From positions 1 through 10,983 of IMG/VR virus record IMGVR_UViG_2585427760_000002: DNA of 10,983 bases; one strand, 5' to 3'. A program made the position numbers and the translations under genes. Origin of the DNA: a virus (lineage: Duplodnaviria > Heunggongvirae > Uroviricota > Caudoviricetes). The notes under the pieces are model-generated. The model searched no databases and was not told the DNA's origin. It saw only the letters and a program-made list of their open reading frames with translations. Position 1 is the stretch's first letter, and every line of letters starts with the position of its first letter. Positions 8,337-10,983 of this stretch are shown here, piece by piece.

Positions 8337-8826
8337 AAACTGCGTTATCGGTGTGGTGCTGGCGATTGCCGCCACGCTGCCGGGTTTTCAGCAACTCCAC
8401 ACATCGGTGGAAGGATTAAAGCTGATTGCGGATTACGAGGGATGCCGCCTGCAGCCTTATCAGTGTGATGCGGGTGTGTGGACTGACGGCATCGGCAACA
8501 CGTCAGGCGTGAAGCCGGGCCGGACCATTACAGAACGGCAGGTGGCGGGGAACTTCATCACCAACGTGCTGAGGGTTGAAACCGCGCTGGCGCGCTGTGT
8601 CCTGGTGGATGTTCCGCAGTTTGTCTATGACGCGCTGGTGTCTCTGGCCTTTAACGTTGGGGCCGGCAATGCCTGCAGTTCCACCATGGTGAAGTTTATT
8701 AATCAGAAGCGCTGGCGGGATGCGTGCTATCAGCTGCCGCGCTGGGTGTATGTCAACGGTGTATTTAATCAGGGGCTGGATAACCGCCGCGCGCGGGAGC
8801 TGTCCTGGTGCTTAAAGGGAGCGTAA
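8311..8826 (+). CDS. SAR (signal-anchor-release) endolysin, T4-lysozyme-like fold, about 170 aa; start at GTG 8311 or GTG 8317
   Basis: The track ORF 8128-8826 is over-extended upstream. Immediately after the in-frame GTG codons the protein has an N-terminal Gly/Ala-rich weakly hydrophobic segment (VKNCVIGVVLAIAATLPGF) followed by a catalytic-looking region (EGLKLIADYEGCRLQPYQCDAGVWTDGIGNT). It overlaps the holin 3' end, as is typical of lysis cassettes. Confidence 0.8.
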   Translation: MNVSLRAVKNCVIGVVLAIAATLPGFQQLHTSVEGLKLIADYEGCRLQPYQCDAGVWTDGIGNTSGVKPGRTITERQVAGNFITNVLRVETALARCVLVDVPQFVYDALVSLAFNVGAGNACSSTMVKFINQKRWRDACYQLPRWVYVNGVFNQGLDNRRARELSWCLKGA

Positions 8827-8856
8827 CGGAATGAAAAATAAAGTGGCGGTGGCCTG

Positions 8857-9282
8857 ATGCGCATACTGGCGGCGGTGATAGCGCTGGTTCTTGCCTTGCT
8901 TGGCTGGCAATCGTGGCAGTTGAACAAGGCCCGGCAGACGATTGAGCTGCAGGGACGTGATCTTGAAGCCAGCAAGGAAAAACAGGCCCGCGCCAGCAGT
9001 CAGCTGATCGCGCTGTCTGTTCTGACCGAAACCAACAACCGGGAGCAGGCGCGGCTTTATGCGGCGGCGGAAGAATCCACCGCGCTACTGCGCCAGCGGC
9101 AACGGCGTATTGAGGAGCTTAAACGTGAAAACGATGATTTGCGGCGCTGGTCTGATACTCCTTTGCCTCCTGACGTTATCAGGTTGCGGGACCGCCCCGC
9201 GCTCGCCGGAGGTGCAGCTTACCGTGAATGGCTGTCCGAAAATAACACAGTGCCGCCTGCAAAAGTCGTCAGCCAGGACTAA
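8857..9282 (+). CDS. lysB: i-spanin (Rz-like; P2 LysB-like), 141 aa
   Basis: N-terminal TM helix (ILAAVIALVLALLGW) followed by a charged coiled-coil periplasmic domain. Length is the same as P2 LysB as I recall it. No lysA-like gene lies between the endolysin and lysB; the gap is only 30 bp. Confidence 0.85.
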   Translation: MRILAAVIALVLALLGWQSWQLNKARQTIELQGRDLEASKEKQARASSQLIALSVLTETNNREQARLYAAAEESTALLRQRQRRIEELKRENDDLRRWSDTPLPPDVIRLRDRPALAGGAAYREWLSENNTVPPAKVVSQD

Positions 9283-9415
9283 CGGCGATCTGCTTACGGC
9301 GGCTGATGAAGCCGAGGCTGCATGGGCCATCTGCGCCGATAAGGTGGATGTGATTATTGCCTGCCAGGAGCGAAACAGTGAACAAGCCTCAATCCTTACG
9401 CCACGCGCTCAATAA
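9125..9415 (+). CDS. lysC: o-spanin lipoprotein (Rz1-like; P2 LysC-like), 96 aa from GTG 9125 (or 93 aa from ATG 9134)
   Basis: It starts in an alternative frame inside lysB and extends past its stop (overlapped spanin architecture). It has a signal peptide with a lipobox (ICGAGLILLCLLTLSGC). A GAGGAG Shine-Dalgarno at 9111-9116 sits 8 nt before GTG 9125. Confidence 0.8.
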   Translation: MKTMICGAGLILLCLLTLSGCGTAPRSPEVQLTVNGCPKITQCRLQKSSARTNGDLLTAADEAEAAWAICADKVDVIIACQERNSEQASILTPRAQ

Positions 9416-9812
9416 GGCGGTGCAGTACGTCCGGGAGAACCCGGACAAGCTGCATATGTTCGTGGACAAAGGCGCAGTAGTGGCGACCGGCGCGCCGTCT
9501 ATTTCATGGGAATACCGGTACACCCTGAACGTGGTGGTAGTCGATTTTAGTGGTGACCAGAATTTACTGATGGCGCCGATCCTCCAGTGGCTGAGTGTTA
9601 ACCAGCCTGACGCCATCAACAACCCGGAGCTGAGGGAAAAACTTTTTAGTTTTGAAGTGGATATCCTGCGCAATGATATTTGCGATATCAGCATAGACCT
9701 GCAGCTGACGGAGCGTGTTGTGGTCAGCACTGATGGCGGTGTGTCGAGCGTGGAAGCCGTGCCGGAGCCGGAAAACCCTGATGATGCTATGTGGACGGTG
9801 AAACGTGGATGA
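9378..9812 (+). CDS. R: Tail completion protein R (P2 gpR-like), about 144 aa from GTG 9378
   Basis: The translation (...SLRHALNKAVQYVRENPDKLHMFVDKGAVVATGAPSISWEYRYTLNVVVVDFSGDQNLLMAPILQWL...) is recognisable as P2-family gpR. AGGAG at 9365-9369 sits 8 nt before GTG 9378; the track's start at 9357 is a TTG inside lysC and is less likely. Confidence 0.85.
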   Translation: MNKPQSLRHALNKAVQYVRENPDKLHMFVDKGAVVATGAPSISWEYRYTLNVVVVDFSGDQNLLMAPILQWLSVNQPDAINNPELREKLFSFEVDILRNDICDISIDLQLTERVVVSTDGGVSSVEAVPEPENPDDAMWTVKRG

Positions 9813-10251
9813 GCTGCAGCAGGTTGATGCGTGGCTGACGGCGCTGCTGGCGAGCCTTGCCCCGGCAGAACGGAAGCGAATGCTGCGCGAGCTGGCGCAG
9901 CAGCTGCGCCGGACGCAACAACAAAACATCAGGCTGCAGCGCAACCCGGACGGTAGCGGATACGAGCCGCGCCGCGTCACGGGACGCACGAAGCAGGGGC
10001 GCATCAAGCGGCAGATGTTTTCTAAGCTGCGTACCGCAAGATACCTGAAAGCCACCGCCAGCGCAGACTCTGCCAGTGTGCAGTTTGAGGGGAGGGTGCA
10101 GCGCATTGCTCGTGTACATCATTACGGCCTGCGTGATCGAGTCAGTCGTAAGGGGCCGGAGATCCGATACACTAAACGTCAATTACTCGGATTCAGTGAT
10201 AATTCTCGCTTATTGATTCGCGATGTGCTGTTACGTTTTATAAATTATTGA
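9805..10251 (+). CDS. S: Tail completion protein S (P2 gpS-like), 148 aa, GTG start
   Basis: The translation (DELQQVDAWLTALLASLAPAERKRMLRELAQQLRRTQQQNIRLQRNPDGSGYEPRRV...) is recognisable as P2-family gpS. The GTG start overlaps the R stop. Confidence 0.87.
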   Translation: MDELQQVDAWLTALLASLAPAERKRMLRELAQQLRRTQQQNIRLQRNPDGSGYEPRRVTGRTKQGRIKRQMFSKLRTARYLKATASADSASVQFEGRVQRIARVHHYGLRDRVSRKGPEIRYTKRQLLGFSDNSRLLIRDVLLRFINY

Positions 10252-10270
10252 ATGTGATAATCCAATTTAG

Positions 10271-10720
10271 TCATTTATTATTTTTAAGTTTTTTGGATAA
10301 GAAGAATAATCCAGCGATACACATTATTAACAATGCTACGGAGATTGAATGATGTATTGTCCATTTGTCTGGATCTATAACTGAAAGCATAAGGAGTATT
10401 ACGGAAGCTATGCCCAGCATTATAGGCTCGACTGCTTCGTCAGGACCTTTTGTTATCAGCATAAATGCAAGTTGGAACCCACATGATACAGCCAGTGCTT
10501 TGGCAACATAACTTAGGGTTTTTATTTGTCGTATATGAGCAAAGAACGGTTGTGATGATATATCAATTGGCCAGAATGTATCTACTAATTCAACTGTGCC
10601 TTTGAATAAAAGGAACCCTGTTAAACCGACAAATATAAGTCGTTGGCAAAAAAACTGAATTCTATCTGCAGATTTTTCAGTTTCGGATTTATTTTCATCT
10701 TCAATGTCTTCGATGTCATC
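10271..10720 (-). pseudogene. 3' portion (about 149 codons) of an AT-rich cargo gene encoding a multi-TM membrane domain, apparently interrupted by IS1
   Basis: My own minus-strand translation shows the frame stays open from the IS1 junction (10720) to the stop at 10273-10271, about 149 codons with no stop in roughly 30% GC DNA. It reads DDIEDIEDENKSETEKSADR (acidic linker), then about four hydrophobic helices (IQFFCQRLIFVGLTGFLLF, LSYVAKALAVSCGFQLAFMLI, VEPIMLGIASVILLMLSVI, ISVALLIMCIAGLFFL), ending KKLKNNK. The first canonical start is the ATG at 10462 (the 63-aa ORF in the track); no ATG/GTG/TTG lies upstream of it in frame, so the frame most likely continues from beyond IS1. Confidence 0.5.
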
Positions 10721-10983
10721 GGTAATGACTCCAACTTATTGATAGTGTTTTATGTTCAGATAATGCCCGATGACTTTGTCATGCAGCTCCACCGATTTGA
10801 GAACGACAGCGACTTCCGTCCCAGCCGTGCCAGGTGCTGCCTCAGATTCAGGTTATGCCGCTCAATTCGCTGCGTATATCGCTTGCTGATTACGTGCAGC
10901 TTTCCCTTCAGGCGGGATTCATACAGCGGCCAGCCATCCGTCATCCATATCACCACGTCAAAGGGTGACAGCAGGCTCATAAG
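10721..10983 (-). mobile_element. IS1: IS1 insertion sequence, partial: 263 bp from one terminal inverted repeat; the rest lies right of the window
   Basis: GGTAATGACTCCAACTTATTGATAGTGTTTTATGTTCAGATAATGCCCGATGAC... at 10721 onward is the IS1 terminal inverted repeat in reverse orientation, followed by the insB 3' coding region. IS1 is 768 bp. The flanking 9 bp (10712-10720, GATGTCATC) would be the target duplication, but the other copy is outside the window. Confidence 0.92.
10736..10983 (-). CDS. insB: IS1 transposase InsB, C-terminal part (partial); the C-terminal approximately 19 residues differ from the canonical InsB I recall
   Basis: The minus-strand translation ...[61 protein letters not shown]... 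matches IS1 InsB. After LSFS the window reads [13 protein letters not shown] with a stop at 10756, whereas the InsB I recall ends [20 protein letters not shown] with a stop at 10736. This is consistent with a 1-nt shorter A-run (TTT at 10796-10798 on the plus strand). Confidence 0.85.

Noticed and set aside
8831-8857. Tiny ORF (MKNKVAVA) between endolysin and lysB, where P2 has lysA
   Set aside because: Only 8 codons; too short to be a gene. Interpreted as the absence of a lysA homologue rather than a gene.

Overview
The window is the late gene block of a P2-family (Peduovirinae-type) prophage: portal Q and large terminase P on the minus strand, then on the plus strand scaffold O, major capsid N, small terminase M, head completion L, tail protein X, a lysis cassette (holin, SAR endolysin, overlapping spanins lysB/lysC) and tail completion R and S. 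All 13 phage genes look intact and are read from protein-level recognition of the supplied ORF translations. This block is flanked on both sides by visibly AT-rich cargo DNA, and each cargo gene is cut by a different insertion sequence. On the left, an IS5 copy (1-474, transposase InsH on the minus strand, running off the window) splits an ABC/AAA_13-type ATPase gene whose remaining 3' part (475-1790) lacks its Walker A region. On the right, an IS1 copy (10721-end, InsB on the minus strand) sits inside a minus-strand reading frame encoding a multi-pass membrane domain (10271-10720). These two IS-interrupted cargo genes are the most interesting part of the window: they occupy positions where P2-like phages are known to carry variable anti-phage or moron cargo, but only fragments are visible and neither identity can be confirmed without searches. 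No tRNA, rRNA or CRISPR array was seen. All GC statements are by-eye estimates, and no database search or computation was run.
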